Notes: generated by a model from the letters alone, not told the origin. Numbered from the stretch's first letter, positions 9,829 to 19,783 are shown. The stretch: DNA of 64,000 bases from an uncultured cyanobacterium (GCA_963719515.1 CAVRCJ010000010.1:576001-640000), one strand, 5' to 3'. Made by a program: numbers and translations.

Positions 9829-12360
9829 TCAGCCCAAAATGAGCCGCCAAAACAAGACCCCCAAGCCGACGATCGCCCCGTGCTGTGGCCACAGCTGGAT
9901 CAGGGGCTGGCGCGCGATGCGCTGGGTCAAAAAGAAGCTCAGCCACACCGAGACGATCAGCACGACCCCCTGCAAAAAGCCCACCACCGCCGGGGGAGCG
10001 ATCGCCACGGGCCATCCCAAACCGCTATAGCCAAAGGTGGCCGCCGTGATGGGCAGCACCCGTCCCCCTTCATTGAGCCCTAGGTAGAGGTAGTGGGCTA
10101 GGCTGCCCCCCAGCACCAAGGGCAAGTAGCCGTAGGCTAGCTCCAGGAAGGGGCGCGGCTTGAGCCGGTTGACTATGACGATCGCCTGATGGGCCAAAAG
10201 GGCGATCGCCCCAGGGGCCGAGAGCGCTAAGACTGCCGCCAGGGCATGGCTGCCGAAGGAATCTAGGTTGAGGGCAAGTCCCCAGCGGGACTGAATCTGC
10301 ATTTGGATCTCTGGCAACCGGTGCAGCGGCACAGCCCCCAGCAGCAAAAATAGGAGCGCCACTTCATAGAAGGTGGGCTTGTGGGTTGTCCACAGCTCAA
10401 TGCCCGGCGGCCGTAGGTTAAGCTCCACCGAGCGATGGGGACAGGCCTTAAGGCAGGTCATGCAGAGGACGCAGTCGCGGTTGTCCTGCAGCTGAGCCGG
10501 GTGGGAGTAGATGGGGCAGCCTCCGGTCGCTCGCCCTTCCCCCTTTCGCGGGCCGCCCTTGTAGCATTGGTAGGTGGTGCAGGTGGCGGTGCAAATGCCC
10601 TGCTGCGCCCGCAGCTCCACCATCGACAGCTTGGCGAATAGGCCATTCATGCCGCCGATAGGGCACAGGTAGCGGCACCAGAAGCGCCGCTCGAAGAGGA
10701 GAGAGAAGATAACGGCCCCGGCGGTGATCAGCAACAGCAGGCAGCCCGATAGGTAGGCCACATTCTCCAGGTGCCACAGCTCTTCCCACAGCAAAATTAG
10801 AGCAAACAGCCCAAACAAAAACCATCCACCCCAGCGGTCTGCCTGCTTCCGAGGCCAGGGCCGCAGGGAGTTGGGGTAGGCCTTTAGGGAAAGCTTTTGG
10901 GCAATCTCGCCGTACACCATAAACGGGCACACCGCACACCAAATTCGCCCTAGAACCGGGAACAGTATCAGCACCACGGGCCACCACCAGGCCCAGAACA
11001 GCGTGAGGCCAACGTTGACGTCTCGCTGCTGTGGCCCTAAGAACAGAATCCCCAGCACGATGGGAAATCCTACCAGCACGACGCTGTAGTTGATGCGGTC
11101 GGGCCACCAAGGACTGCGGAGAAAGTGGCGCAGCTCAGGATAGAGGTTGAGCAGGTTGATACGGAAGCGCCTCACCTTGTTGCTGTCAGACCAAAAGACC
11201 TCTTCAGTGAGTGCGCCCCCCTCGCTTTGAATCAAGGCCCGCTCCACCATGCTTTCCAGCTCAGAGAGGTTGCTGGGAAAGTCGTAGCCCTGCAGACGGC
11301 GTATCGCCTGCGGGTCTAAGGTTGACTTTTTGAGGTCTCGCGCTCGGCACAGCAGGCTTTGGTAGTACTGCACCTGGGCCGCGATATCGGCCTTACGGAC
11401 CCGCAGCGGCGGCACCTTAATGGTGTGGCCCACGCGCCGCTGGCAGCCTTGGAGCAACGTGCGCTCGGCGGTGAGGATGATGCGGGCGCGACAGGTGCGC
11501 AGCGGCGGTTGAGCGTCATCGCGGTGTAGAGGGCTGTATTGTCCGGTCTCTAGCAGCTGCGCCAGCGTCGGTATCAGCCGCTCAGGTAAATCCTGAACGT
11601 TGTTGAGCAGCAGCGTCCCCTCGCCAATCCACTCCAGCAGCCCCGGACTGCCCCCTTCTCGTCCCAGCAGCTCAGCCCCGCTCACCTGGATGGTGTCGCA
11701 GTCTAGCTTGATCATGGGCTGGCGACGATCGCGCGCGCCAAAGTGAATCAGGGCGGCAATGTTGTCTTTCCCAAGACCCGGTTCCCCAAAAACCAGGACA
11801 GGGCGGCGATCGCCCGACGCCTGGCGAATTTGCTGCCGCAGCCTCACCGCATAGCGGCTGCCGCCGATGATGCCCCGCCGGACTTTAGGCACCAGGTAGG
11901 GGCGCAGCTCGGCCTGCCGGGTTTGCTCTTGAACCAGCTGGGAGGAGACCTGCCGTAGCTCACTGGCCAGCTGTTGGGAAAAGGTGCGGCTGATCTCAGG
12001 GTGCTGTTCAACCAAGGTTAAAAATGCCGCTCGGGGAATTTGCCACAGCTCGCAATCCGTGAGGGTAATGGTGGTGTGCTCGGCGGGCTGGTCCAAGAGC
12101 AGCTCCTGTAGGTAGAGCACGGAACCCGGCAGCAGGCTGGTGGCGGCGGCGGTATCCTGCGGGTGGGTCCGGTAGCGCTCCATACGGCCAGACCGCAGGA
12201 AGTAGACGGCGGGGGGTGGGGTATCTTCTAGGACGAGCCGCCGGTTTTCTTGGACGGCGAGGGGCTCAATCTGGGCGGCGATCGCCTCCAGCACAGAGGA
12301 GGGCAGCGCGCTCAGGGACGTGTGCTGCTGGAGCCATTGAGCTTTTGAATTGATGTCCAC
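9829..12360 (-). CDS. cNMP-binding / sigma54-interaction-type AAA+ / polytopic 4Fe-4S-binding fusion protein
   Basis: N-terminal CRP-like domain, Walker A GEPGLGKD, YDFPSNLSELE, then TM segments with GRIWCAVCP, RFWCRYLCPIG and CVLCMTCLKACP. GTG start with GGAGG RBS. Confidence 0.88.
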   Translation of the reverse strand: MDINSKAQWLQQHTSLSALPSSVLEAIAAQIEPLAVQENRRLVLEDTPPPAVYFLRSGRMERYRTHPQDTAAATSLLPGSVLYLQELLLDQPAEHTTITLTDCELWQIPRAAFLTLVEQHPEISRTFSQQLASELRQVSSQLVQEQTRQAELRPYLVPKVRRGIIGGSRYAVRLRQQIRQASGDRRPVLVFGEPGLGKDNIAALIHFGARDRRQPMIKLDCDTIQVSGAELLGREGGSPGLLEWIGEGTLLLNNVQDLPERLIPTLAQLLETGQYSPLHRDDAQPPLRTCRARIILTAERTLLQGCQRRVGHTIKVPPLRVRKADIAAQVQYYQSLLCRARDLKKSTLDPQAIRRLQGYDFPSNLSELESMVERALIQSEGGALTEEVFWSDSNKVRRFRINLLNLYPELRHFLRSPWWPDRINYSVVLVGFPIVLGILFLGPQQRDVNVGLTLFWAWWWPVVLILFPVLGRIWCAVCPFMVYGEIAQKLSLKAYPNSLRPWPRKQADRWGGWFLFGLFALILLWEELWHLENVAYLSGCLLLLITAGAVIFSLLFERRFWCRYLCPIGGMNGLFAKLSMVELRAQQGICTATCTTYQCYKGGPRKGEGRATGGCPIYSHPAQLQDNRDCVLCMTCLKACPHRSVELNLRPPGIELWTTHKPTFYEVALLFLLLGAVPLHRLPEIQMQIQSRWGLALNLDSFGSHALAAVLALSAPGAIALLAHQAIVIVNRLKPRPFLELAYGYLPLVLGGSLAHYLYLGLNEGGRVLPITAATFGYSGLGWPVAIAPPAVVGFLQGVVLIVSVWLSFFLTQRIARQPLIQLWPQHGAIVGLGVLFWRLILG

Positions 12361-12725
12361 CCGGTTTCCTCCCTGGTATTTTGGCCTTTTCTCATGCTAG
12401 CGAGGTGAGTAATCGGCGCTTTGAGTTATTACAGTTCGACACGAAACGGGGAACTCCGAGAGATGCTGAGGCTTCAGATATTGAGCTCCTTGCTGTGCTA
12501 GGGTGCGGCGAGTGGATCGCAATGGAGCACTCCTATGGGTGTGGATATGGGCATTGATACTACGGCAGCCCTGACGCTGTGGGTTGCGGCGATCACCCTG
12601 TTGGCGGTCACGGTGCAGAGTGCTGTTGGGTTCGGATCGGCGCTCATCTCAGCGCCATCTAGTTCTCCGGGGTACTCCCACCAGAACGCGCTAGCGTTTG
12701 GTGGCGAGGGGGATAGGAGCGAGAA

Positions 12726-13136
12726 TCAGCTAGGCCCGACGCCTGGTTGATTCTCGACATAGGCTTTGACCTGCTCCAGGGTGACGCCGCCGGTTGAAGC
12801 GACAAAGTAAGCCCCAGACCAGAACACCCGTTTTCGATACGCTTTTGCAACACGCTCTTCAAACTCCTTACGAATCAATCTGCTCGACACGGTCTTCAGG
12901 TTATTTACCAGTTTGCTAAGCTGCACGTCCGGTGGATAGCTAATCAATAAGTGAACGTGGTCTGCTTCTCCGTTTATCTCGACAAGGTTGCTACTCCACT
13001 TCTCGCAGGTATCAGCAAAAATCTCGTAGAGACGCTCTTGAATTGGCTTGTCAATGATGTTAAGCCGGTATTTAGTTACAAGCACTAAGTGTATGTTCAA
13101 GCTGTAAATACAGCGATAGCCCTTGTTGTAGGTCAT
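12726..13136 (-). CDS. tnpA: IS200/IS605 Y1 HUH transposase TnpA
   Basis: HLVLVTKYR, EADHVHLL (HUH), FWSGAYFVAS and catalytic Tyr in VKAYVENQ. Confidence 0.96.
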   Translation of the reverse strand: MTYNKGYRCIYSLNIHLVLVTKYRLNIIDKPIQERLYEIFADTCEKWSSNLVEINGEADHVHLLISYPPDVQLSKLVNNLKTVSSRLIRKEFEERVAKAYRKRVFWSGAYFVASTGGVTLEQVKAYVENQPGVGPS

Positions 13137-13158
13137 GTCACTAAGCTATGATGATGAC

Positions 13159-14418
13159 ATGATTCTAGCCTACCAATACCGACTAAAGCCAACTGCTCAG
13201 CAGGCCGACACTATGGCCCTCTGGGGAGAGTTGCTGCGTCGGCATTGGAACTACGCTCTGGGGGAGCGGCTAGACGTGCTATCCCGATGGCGCTGCCAGA
13301 TTGATAGATGCAGCCTGCGCTCAGAGCCGATAGGCGAGATTGGCGGAAAGATTGACTATTACTCACAGGCTGCTGCCCTCAAAGAGACGAAACAGCTGTT
13401 CCCTGAGTACAAAGGCATTTACGCTGATTGCCAGCAACAAAACCTGATGCGCTTGGACAAAGCGTGGAAGCGCTGGATGTCGCCGGACAAAAATGGTAAG
13501 CGGGGCGGTAGGCCACGTTTTAAGAAGCGGGGCAACCTGTGCTCGTTTACCTACCCAAGGGTGAACTGCCCTAAGGCCGGCGCGTTTTTGAACGGCGACA
13601 TGCTGAAGCTGTCGAAGATTGGCGAAGTACAGGTCATCCTGCACCGACCAATTCCTGACGGCTTCAAATTGAAGCAGGCCACAATCTTGAACAAGGCCGA
13701 TGGTTGGTATGTCAGCTTGTCTCTTGAAGACGGGACGGTCCCAGAACCGTTGCCGGTCAGCGAGGTTGAATCCGTCGTTGGTATTGATGTGGGACTTGAA
13801 AAGTTCCTCACTACCTCTAATGGTGAAGCGGTAAGTATTCCGCAGTTTTATCGCAAAGCTCAAGAGCGTCTTGGCCGTCAGCAGCGCAAATTGGCCCGAA
13901 TGGAGAAGGGCTCTAAGAACCACCAGCGGCAGGCCAACAAGGTGGCGCGGCTGCACCTGCATGTAGGCCGCCAGCGCAAAGAGTTTCACTATCAGCTCTC
14001 GCATTGGCTTTGCGCCAACTACGACTTGATAGCGTTCGAGAACCTGAACATCAAGGGACTTGCCAGAACCCGGCTGGCTAAGTCGATCCTCGATGCGGCC
14101 TGGGGCCAATTCCTCAATATCCTGCAAGCGGTCGCGGTAAAACGCAGCAAACTGGCTATTGGCGTCAACCCCAACGGTACTAGCATTGAGTGTTCGGGCT
14201 GTGGTGAGCGCGTCGTCAAGACGCTGGGTGATAGGGTTCATGTCTGTGGGTGTGGGCTCAAGATGAACCGGGATTGGAATGCAGCAATCAACATATTGAA
14301 TAGGGCGGTCGGACAATCGCTCTCTGGCTGTGGAGGCTTATCCGTTGGGATGCCGTTGAACCAGCAACTCTCAATTGTGAATTTGGAAAGCCCCCGTCTA
14401 CAGCCCGTTAGGGTTTAG
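13159..14418 (+). CDS. tnpB: RNA-guided endonuclease TnpB
   Basis: YQYRLKPT N-terminus; RuvC triad GIDVG, AFENL, NRDWNAAINI; Zn ribbon CSGCG...CGCG. Probable start is the ATG at 13159. Confidence 0.96.
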   Translation: MILAYQYRLKPTAQQADTMALWGELLRRHWNYALGERLDVLSRWRCQIDRCSLRSEPIGEIGGKIDYYSQAAALKETKQLFPEYKGIYADCQQQNLMRLDKAWKRWMSPDKNGKRGGRPRFKKRGNLCSFTYPRVNCPKAGAFLNGDMLKLSKIGEVQVILHRPIPDGFKLKQATILNKADGWYVSLSLEDGTVPEPLPVSEVESVVGIDVGLEKFLTTSNGEAVSIPQFYRKAQERLGRQQRKLARMEKGSKNHQRQANKVARLHLHVGRQRKEFHYQLSHWLCANYDLIAFENLNIKGLARTRLAKSILDAAWGQFLNILQAVAVKRSKLAIGVNPNGTSIECSGCGERVVKTLGDRVHVCGCGLKMNRDWNAAINILNRAVGQSLSGCGGLSVGMPLNQQLSIVNLESPRLQPVRV

Positions 14419-15050
14419 CGGGGGAGGATGTCACTTCTGATTAGCCTGCTGAGCATTGAGGTGGCGGTTCCGCTACTGTCGGTGCTGGGCGTTGTGCAGC
14501 AGAGCATTCTTTGGGGAGTTTACCGCCAGGCGTTCAACTGGCAAGCGATGATGCGGGTGACCGTCGCCTCGCTGGCGCTAGTTCCAGTTGGCGTCCTGCT
14601 GATCGACTACTGGCCTGAGCGTATCCTGCTAGCGGGCCTGGGTATTGTTCTGATTAGCTACGCGACCTATGAATTGGCCCAGCTTCAGCTCCCCAAGCTA
14701 GAGTCACCGTGCTGGGGCTACCTGTTTGGCGGAATTGCTGGCGTCTTATCGGGGGCATACAATATTGCAGGCCCGCCGGTCATTCTCTACGCCAGCTGTC
14801 AACGCTGGCAGCAGGATGAGTTTAAGAGCAACCTCCAGGGGTATTTTTTGATCAACGCGATTCTGCTTGTCTTTAGCCGAGGGCTACAGGGCCAGCTGAC
14901 GAGGGAGGTCTGGCTGCTTGGCCTTGTGGCGCTGCCCGCGATCGCGATCGGCAGCTTTGCGGGTAAGCGACTATCTGACCGGCTCAACCCACAGCGCTTT
15001 CGCCAAGCTGTTCTCGGTTTGCTGCTGGTGTTGGGCATTCGGCTGCTTAT

Positions 15051-17246
15051 CTAGGCCACTGCTGTCATCGCCTGAACCGGCAGCGCAATTCGAAACTGGG
15101 TGCCCTGCTCAGAGGTATGGTAAGTCAAGTTTCCCCCATGCTTTTCGACGACAATCTGGTAGCTAATCGCCAGCCCCAGCCCGGTTCCCTTGCCAATGGG
15201 TTTGGTGGTGAAGAAAGGATCAAAGAGGCGGGGGCGGACCGACGCCGGAATTTCCGGGCCGTTGTTGGCAATCCACACCAACACCTGATCCGAGGCTACC
15301 TCTGTTTGAATGGTCAGGACTGCAGGGGAGAGTCCCTTTGGAGAGAGCATCGCTTCCTCTAGGGCGTCGATGCCGTTGCTAATAATATTCATAAACACCT
15401 GGTTGAGCTGGCTCGCATAGCACTCAATCTTGGGCAGGTCGCCATAGTGCCGGTAAACTTCAATCTCCCCGCGATCGCCATGGCCTTTGCAGCGATTCTG
15501 CAAAATGAGCAGCGTACTGTCTAACCCCTCATGAATATCAACCCCTCCAGTCTGCGCCTCGTCAACTCGCGAGAAGCTGCGCAGCGAATACACAATCTCC
15601 CGAATGCGCTCGGCTCCCACTCGCATAGAGTTGAGAACGCGGGGCATGTCTTCTTGAATAAAGTCAACGTCAACCGCAGCGGCGGCGGTCTGAATCTTAT
15701 CTGCGGGCTGAGGATAGTGAACTTGGTACTGGTTGATGAGGTGGAGCAAATCCGTAGAATAGGTATCGACGTAGTCCAAGTTGGCGTACACAAAGGTGAC
15801 CGGATTGTTGATCTCATGGGCAACCCCCGCCACGAGCTGGCCCAAGCTCGACATTTTCTCTGTTTGAATGAGCTGCGCCTGGGTTCGCCTGAGGTCATTT
15901 AGAGTCTGCTCAAGCTGTTTGTTCTTTTGCTGCAGCTCCTGCGTGCGCAGCTGCACCCGAATTTCTAAGGTGTGGCTGTAGTGCTCTAAATCATCCCGCG
16001 ACTGCTTGAGCGATCGCGTCATCTGATTGAGGGCCGAGGCCAAAATTCCAATCTCATCGGCTGATTCGACGGTCGCCTGAGCGCTCAGATCTCCTTGGGT
16101 CACCCGCTGAGTAACCTGCGTGAGGCGGTTGACGGGGTCGGCAATCTGCCGCCGCAATATTACCGTCAACACGCTGCCCAGCAGCAGCGCCGTGAGCCCA
16201 AACAGCAGCGTTTGCCACTGGGCAGATCGCAGGGCGGAGCTGCCCGTCCGCAGGTCTGAAGTTAGGGCGCTTTGCTGGACGTCTACAATATCGTCTAGGG
16301 ACTCCAGCATCTCATCGGCCAACGGCTCAGCGTCTTCCCGCAGCAGCACTAAATCCTGACGATAATCCTCGCTTTCAACCGTCGAAAAGAGCCGTTTTGA
16401 GAGCGAGGTAAACTGCTGTCGATGGTCGAGTAGGTTGTTGAGGTTGCTCTGCTGCTGAGCTGTGAGCTGCCCTTGCCGCTGCCGGATGTTTTCTAGCGCT
16501 CGGTCGCTGCGCTGCAGGTTGGCGGTGTAGTCAAACCGAAAGGACGGCTCCTGCGTGACTAGGTAGCCCCGCAGCGCCACAACGCTCAGCTCGAAGGAAT
16601 GCTTAAATTCCATCAGCTCTGTCAACAGCGCCGTGGTTTCTTTAGAGGCGGAGCGGGATTTTTGCAGCTCAATCGCCGTATTTATGTCCGATATAATAAT
16701 GGCGATCGCGAGCTCTCCCTGCTGATCTAGGAGCGCTAAAGCGGGCTGGTTCTCTAAAAAGTTGTCCTTTAGCGAAAACATCTGCTCCGGCAGCACGGTC
16801 CAACGCTGATAGGCCTGGAGCAGCTGTTCAAGCTGAAAGCTACTTTTGGAGACCTTTTCTTGATCGAGCAGGCGCTGTAGCTCAGTCAAATTCTCCTCAA
16901 AGCTTTGGCGCGCCTCGTGGTACTCGCTGCGAAAGTCCGACTTCCCCGTTGCCATGTAGCCCCGCACGCTCGACAGCATCTGCAGCAGATTGCTCTCTGC
17001 CTCCGCCGACTTTAGGGCCGTCGGCATCCGGACCGTTTGGGTGCGCTGCAAAACCGTCGTGGCGTAGAGGCTACCTAAGTAGTTGCGCCCTACCACCAAG
17101 AACGTAATTCCTACAAGTACCCCAAAGCCCGTGGTTAGCTTGCGGCGAATTCTCAAGTTTCGGTAGCGCGTCGACAGGGCCAAAGCCTGCTTCGCGGCCT
17201 TCGTGGAGGCGATCGCAGTTTTAATGTCGAAGGAGTTGAAGGACAT
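15051..17246 (-). CDS. Membrane sensor histidine kinase (periplasmic helical sensor, HAMP, HisKA, HATPase)
   Basis: Two TM segments, HAMP (VESADEIGILASALNQM), H-box VAHEINNP, QVFMNIISNGID, FDPFFTTKPIGKGTGLGL. Confidence 0.95.
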   Translation of the reverse strand: MSFNSFDIKTAIASTKAAKQALALSTRYRNLRIRRKLTTGFGVLVGITFLVVGRNYLGSLYATTVLQRTQTVRMPTALKSAEAESNLLQMLSSVRGYMATGKSDFRSEYHEARQSFEENLTELQRLLDQEKVSKSSFQLEQLLQAYQRWTVLPEQMFSLKDNFLENQPALALLDQQGELAIAIIISDINTAIELQKSRSASKETTALLTELMEFKHSFELSVVALRGYLVTQEPSFRFDYTANLQRSDRALENIRQRQGQLTAQQQSNLNNLLDHRQQFTSLSKRLFSTVESEDYRQDLVLLREDAEPLADEMLESLDDIVDVQQSALTSDLRTGSSALRSAQWQTLLFGLTALLLGSVLTVILRRQIADPVNRLTQVTQRVTQGDLSAQATVESADEIGILASALNQMTRSLKQSRDDLEHYSHTLEIRVQLRTQELQQKNKQLEQTLNDLRRTQAQLIQTEKMSSLGQLVAGVAHEINNPVTFVYANLDYVDTYSTDLLHLINQYQVHYPQPADKIQTAAAAVDVDFIQEDMPRVLNSMRVGAERIREIVYSLRSFSRVDEAQTGGVDIHEGLDSTLLILQNRCKGHGDRGEIEVYRHYGDLPKIECYASQLNQVFMNIISNGIDALEEAMLSPKGLSPAVLTIQTEVASDQVLVWIANNGPEIPASVRPRLFDPFFTTKPIGKGTGLGLAISYQIVVEKHGGNLTYHTSEQGTQFRIALPVQAMTAVA

Positions 17247-17269
17247 AGAGGGCAGGCCGGAGAGACCAG

Positions 17270-18385
17270 CTATGTGGGCTCGGTGAGATTAAAGCTGAAT
17301 TGGGCAAAGCCTAACTCATTGAGGCGGTTCCAGCTGTAGATTCGTTGGCGAAACGCTTTCCAGCTGCTGTACACCGCTCGAAAAGACGCATCGTCCGTCA
17401 AGTCTTCGTACATTTCAAATGCCGTTTGATGTGCTTGAGTCAAAATGGCGTCAGAATACTGCCGCAGCTGGGTGCCCTGAGCGACGAGCGTCTCTAGCGC
17501 CTGACTGTTGATGGCATCGTACTTGTTTACCATCTCGCCACTCGCGCTTGCCACTGCCGCCTGAAAAATATCTCGATAGGCCTGGGGAAGCGTCTGCCAC
17601 GCCGCCTGATTGACCTGAATTTCGTAGGTGGTTCCCGGTTCCCACCACCCAGGGTAGTAATAGAACGGTGCGATGCGGTTGAGGCCTAGGCGGCTGTCCT
17701 CGTAAGGGCCAACCCACTCAGCCGCGTCGATGTCCCCAGATTCTAAGGCCGCGAAAATCTTCTCTCCCGCTAGGACTTGGGTCTCTACGCCAAGGCGCTG
17801 CAAAACGTCTCCCCCCAGCCCCGGAATCCGCATTTTTAGATTTTTGAGGGCCTCAATGGAGTCAATCTCTCGGGTAAACCATCCCCCCATCTGCGCCCCA
17901 GTGCTGCCTGCTGGGAAGTTAATGATGTTGAAGTCCGCGTAGATTCGCCGCATGGCGTCCAGTCCGCCCCCCTGAAGTAGCCAGGCCTGCTGCTGCTGCG
18001 CGTTGAACCCAAAGGGGACAGCGGTGCCAAAGCCCAGGGCAGGCTGTCGGTCGATGTAGTAATAGCTAGCCGTATGTCCACATTCAACGGTGCCAGCCGT
18101 GACGGCATCGAGGACGCCTAATCCAGGGACTAGCTCCCCCGATTCGTAGGGGGTGATGGTGAACCGGCCATTGGTCATGGCGCTAATCTGCTGGCAAATC
18201 GCGTTTGCCGTGCCAAAAACGATGTCGAGCGCCTTCGGCCAGCTGGTGGCCATGCGCCACTGGACGAAGGGCTGGGTGAGACGATCGCCTTCGCCAGGTC
18301 GTGAAGGGGGTGGGGGAGCGCTGCAGGCGGCCACGGCAGCGGTCGTGGCCGCAGCGGTATAGCGAATGAGGCGGCGACGCTTCAT
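17270..18385 (-). CDS. TRAP transporter substrate-binding protein (DctP/TakP-like), Tat/lipoprotein-like signal
   Basis: MKRRRLI...AVAAC signal, WRMATSWP, GAQMGGWF, KMRIPG, DAAEWVGPYED and YYYPGWWEPG motifs. Confidence 0.93.
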   Translation of the reverse strand: MKRRRLIRYTAAATTAAVAACSAPPPPSRPGEGDRLTQPFVQWRMATSWPKALDIVFGTANAICQQISAMTNGRFTITPYESGELVPGLGVLDAVTAGTVECGHTASYYYIDRQPALGFGTAVPFGFNAQQQQAWLLQGGGLDAMRRIYADFNIINFPAGSTGAQMGGWFTREIDSIEALKNLKMRIPGLGGDVLQRLGVETQVLAGEKIFAALESGDIDAAEWVGPYEDSRLGLNRIAPFYYYPGWWEPGTTYEIQVNQAAWQTLPQAYRDIFQAAVASASGEMVNKYDAINSQALETLVAQGTQLRQYSDAILTQAHQTAFEMYEDLTDDASFRAVYSSWKAFRQRIYSWNRLNELGFAQFSFNLTEPT

Positions 18386-18601
18386 AGCTTTAAGGGGGGG
18401 GCTTACGGACTGATATCGATGGGGGCGATCGCCTACGGACTGCGATCGATCAGGTCATAGATGCCTCGCCTATGTCTATTATGCTATCAAAGCGCTGTGA
18501 AAGTCTGCTGACTCAGCAATTTTACGGAAGCGATCGCCACCGCCGCCGCTTGACGATGCTCACACCACCGATTTCATTTCACTGGCCTTACACCACCGGT
18601 C

Positions 18602-19783
18602 TCACTTTACCGGGAGGCGGCCACTTTGCTGCTGCAGCCCCAACACCACCAGCGCGGTGACCAGCACCAGCGGCCAGCTGAGATGATTGAGCATCGCCCA
18701 GTCAAATCGATAGAATACGCGGCCCGAGAGCAGGGTTGTCAAAGCGACGAAGCTGAACACCAAGAAATCGTGAGCCGCCTGCACTTTGCCCTTCTCCGTC
18801 GGAGCGTGAGTTTCCGTCAGCAGGCTCGTCGATCCGACATACATAAAATTCCAGCCTAGGCCCAACAAAAGTAAGGCGATCGCGAAATGCTCAAAGCTCG
18901 TACCCGCTAAATTGACCCCCATGCAGCCCAGAAGCAGCGCTGCCCCGGCTTGAATAATCGTCAAAACGCCAAACCGCTTGATCAGCCAGCCCGTTATTAA
19001 AGAGGGGCCAAACATTCCTAGCACATGCCACTGAATCACCGTCGCCGTCTGGGCAAAGGAGTGCAGCTCGGCGGTCATGGCGAGAGGCGTTGCCGTCATC
19101 ACAAACGCCATGATACCGTAGCTCACCATACTGCCCAAAGTGGCCACCAAAAACTTGGGCTGACCCATAATCTGCGCTAGAGAGCGGGTGGGCAAGTCAG
19201 CCTGGCCTACAGCAATGACGGGGGTATGCAGCCCCAGCAGCAGCAGGCCCGCCAGCCCTTGTAGTCCTAGCACCGCCACCATTGCCCCAGCGTAAAGCTG
19301 GCTGTTAAACCACTCTTGAGACTGGGTCGCGAGCCAGGGCCCTAATACAGCGGCAATAATGCCACCGGCAATCACCCAGGAAATGGCCTGGGCGCGGAAA
19401 GCCTCAGGGGTCACGTCCGCTGCAGCAAAGCGATAATACCCGACGAAGCTGTTGGCGATTCCCAGCAGTCCCATAGCCCCGGTAAACCACCAGAAATTGG
19501 CGCTGGTCAAGCTATAGATGCCGACGATCGCACCGATGATCCCCACTAAAGTACCTACAAGGAAGCCGCCGCGTCGCCCGATGCGCTGCATCAAGAGGGA
19601 CGCGGAGATGGTGGTGGACATGGTAGCAATCTGACGCGTGGCTAAAGGAAGGGTGGCCAGGGCTTTGTCTGCCGCCAAAGCGTAGCCAATGAGAGCAGCG
19701 GTAGTGATTAAGACGGTGTTAGTGGTCATCGCTAAGGCCTGGCAGCAGGCCAATAAAGCGACCTGAACTTTTGCAGAGGTCAT
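18602..19783 (-). CDS. MFS transporter
   Basis: About 12 TM helices; MQRIGRRGGF loop, YRFAAAD, IQWHVLGMFGPS and GLGWNFMYVG motifs. Confidence 0.92.
   Translation of the reverse strand: MTSAKVQVALLACCQALAMTTNTVLITTAALIGYALAADKALATLPLATRQIATMSTTISASLLMQRIGRRGGFLVGTLVGIIGAIVGIYSLTSANFWWFTGAMGLLGIANSFVGYYRFAAADVTPEAFRAQAISWVIAGGIIAAVLGPWLATQSQEWFNSQLYAGAMVAVLGLQGLAGLLLLGLHTPVIAVGQADLPTRSLAQIMGQPKFLVATLGSMVSYGIMAFVMTATPLAMTAELHSFAQTATVIQWHVLGMFGPSLITGWLIKRFGVLTIIQAGAALLLGCMGVNLAGTSFEHFAIALLLLGLGWNFMYVGSTSLLTETHAPTEKGKVQAAHDFLVFSFVALTTLLSGRVFYRFDWAMLNHLSWPLVLVTALVVLGLQQQSGRLPVK

Larger units (their letters stand above)
12659..14434 (+). mobile_element. IS200/IS605-family insertion sequence (IS605 group; divergent tnpA and tnpB)
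   Basis: Left-end hairpin CCACCAGAACGC-GCTA-GCGTTTGGTGG; right-end hairpin CCCCCG...CGGGGG followed by AGGATGTCAC. No target duplication; inserted 3' of CCAT. Boundaries are fixed by restoring the host reading frame. Confidence 0.93.
12535..15054 (+). pseudogene. Sulfite exporter TauE/SafE family gene interrupted by an IS605-group element
   Basis: 5' part (AVTVQSAVGFGSALISAP, 12535-12658) joins the 3' part (from 14435; LISLLS...GVLSGAYNIAGPPV) in frame once 12659-14434 is removed (GCG CCA T|TT CTG ATT). Confidence 0.88.

Noticed and set aside
13363..14316. 317-aa ORF antisense to tnpB
   Set aside because: Entirely inside tnpB on the opposite strand with no motifs; treated as a shadow ORF.
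12659..14434. IStron (group I intron-IS605 chimera) explaining insertion in a coding gene
   Set aside because: Only about 67 bp separate the left end from the tnpA stop, leaving no room for a ribozyme core.
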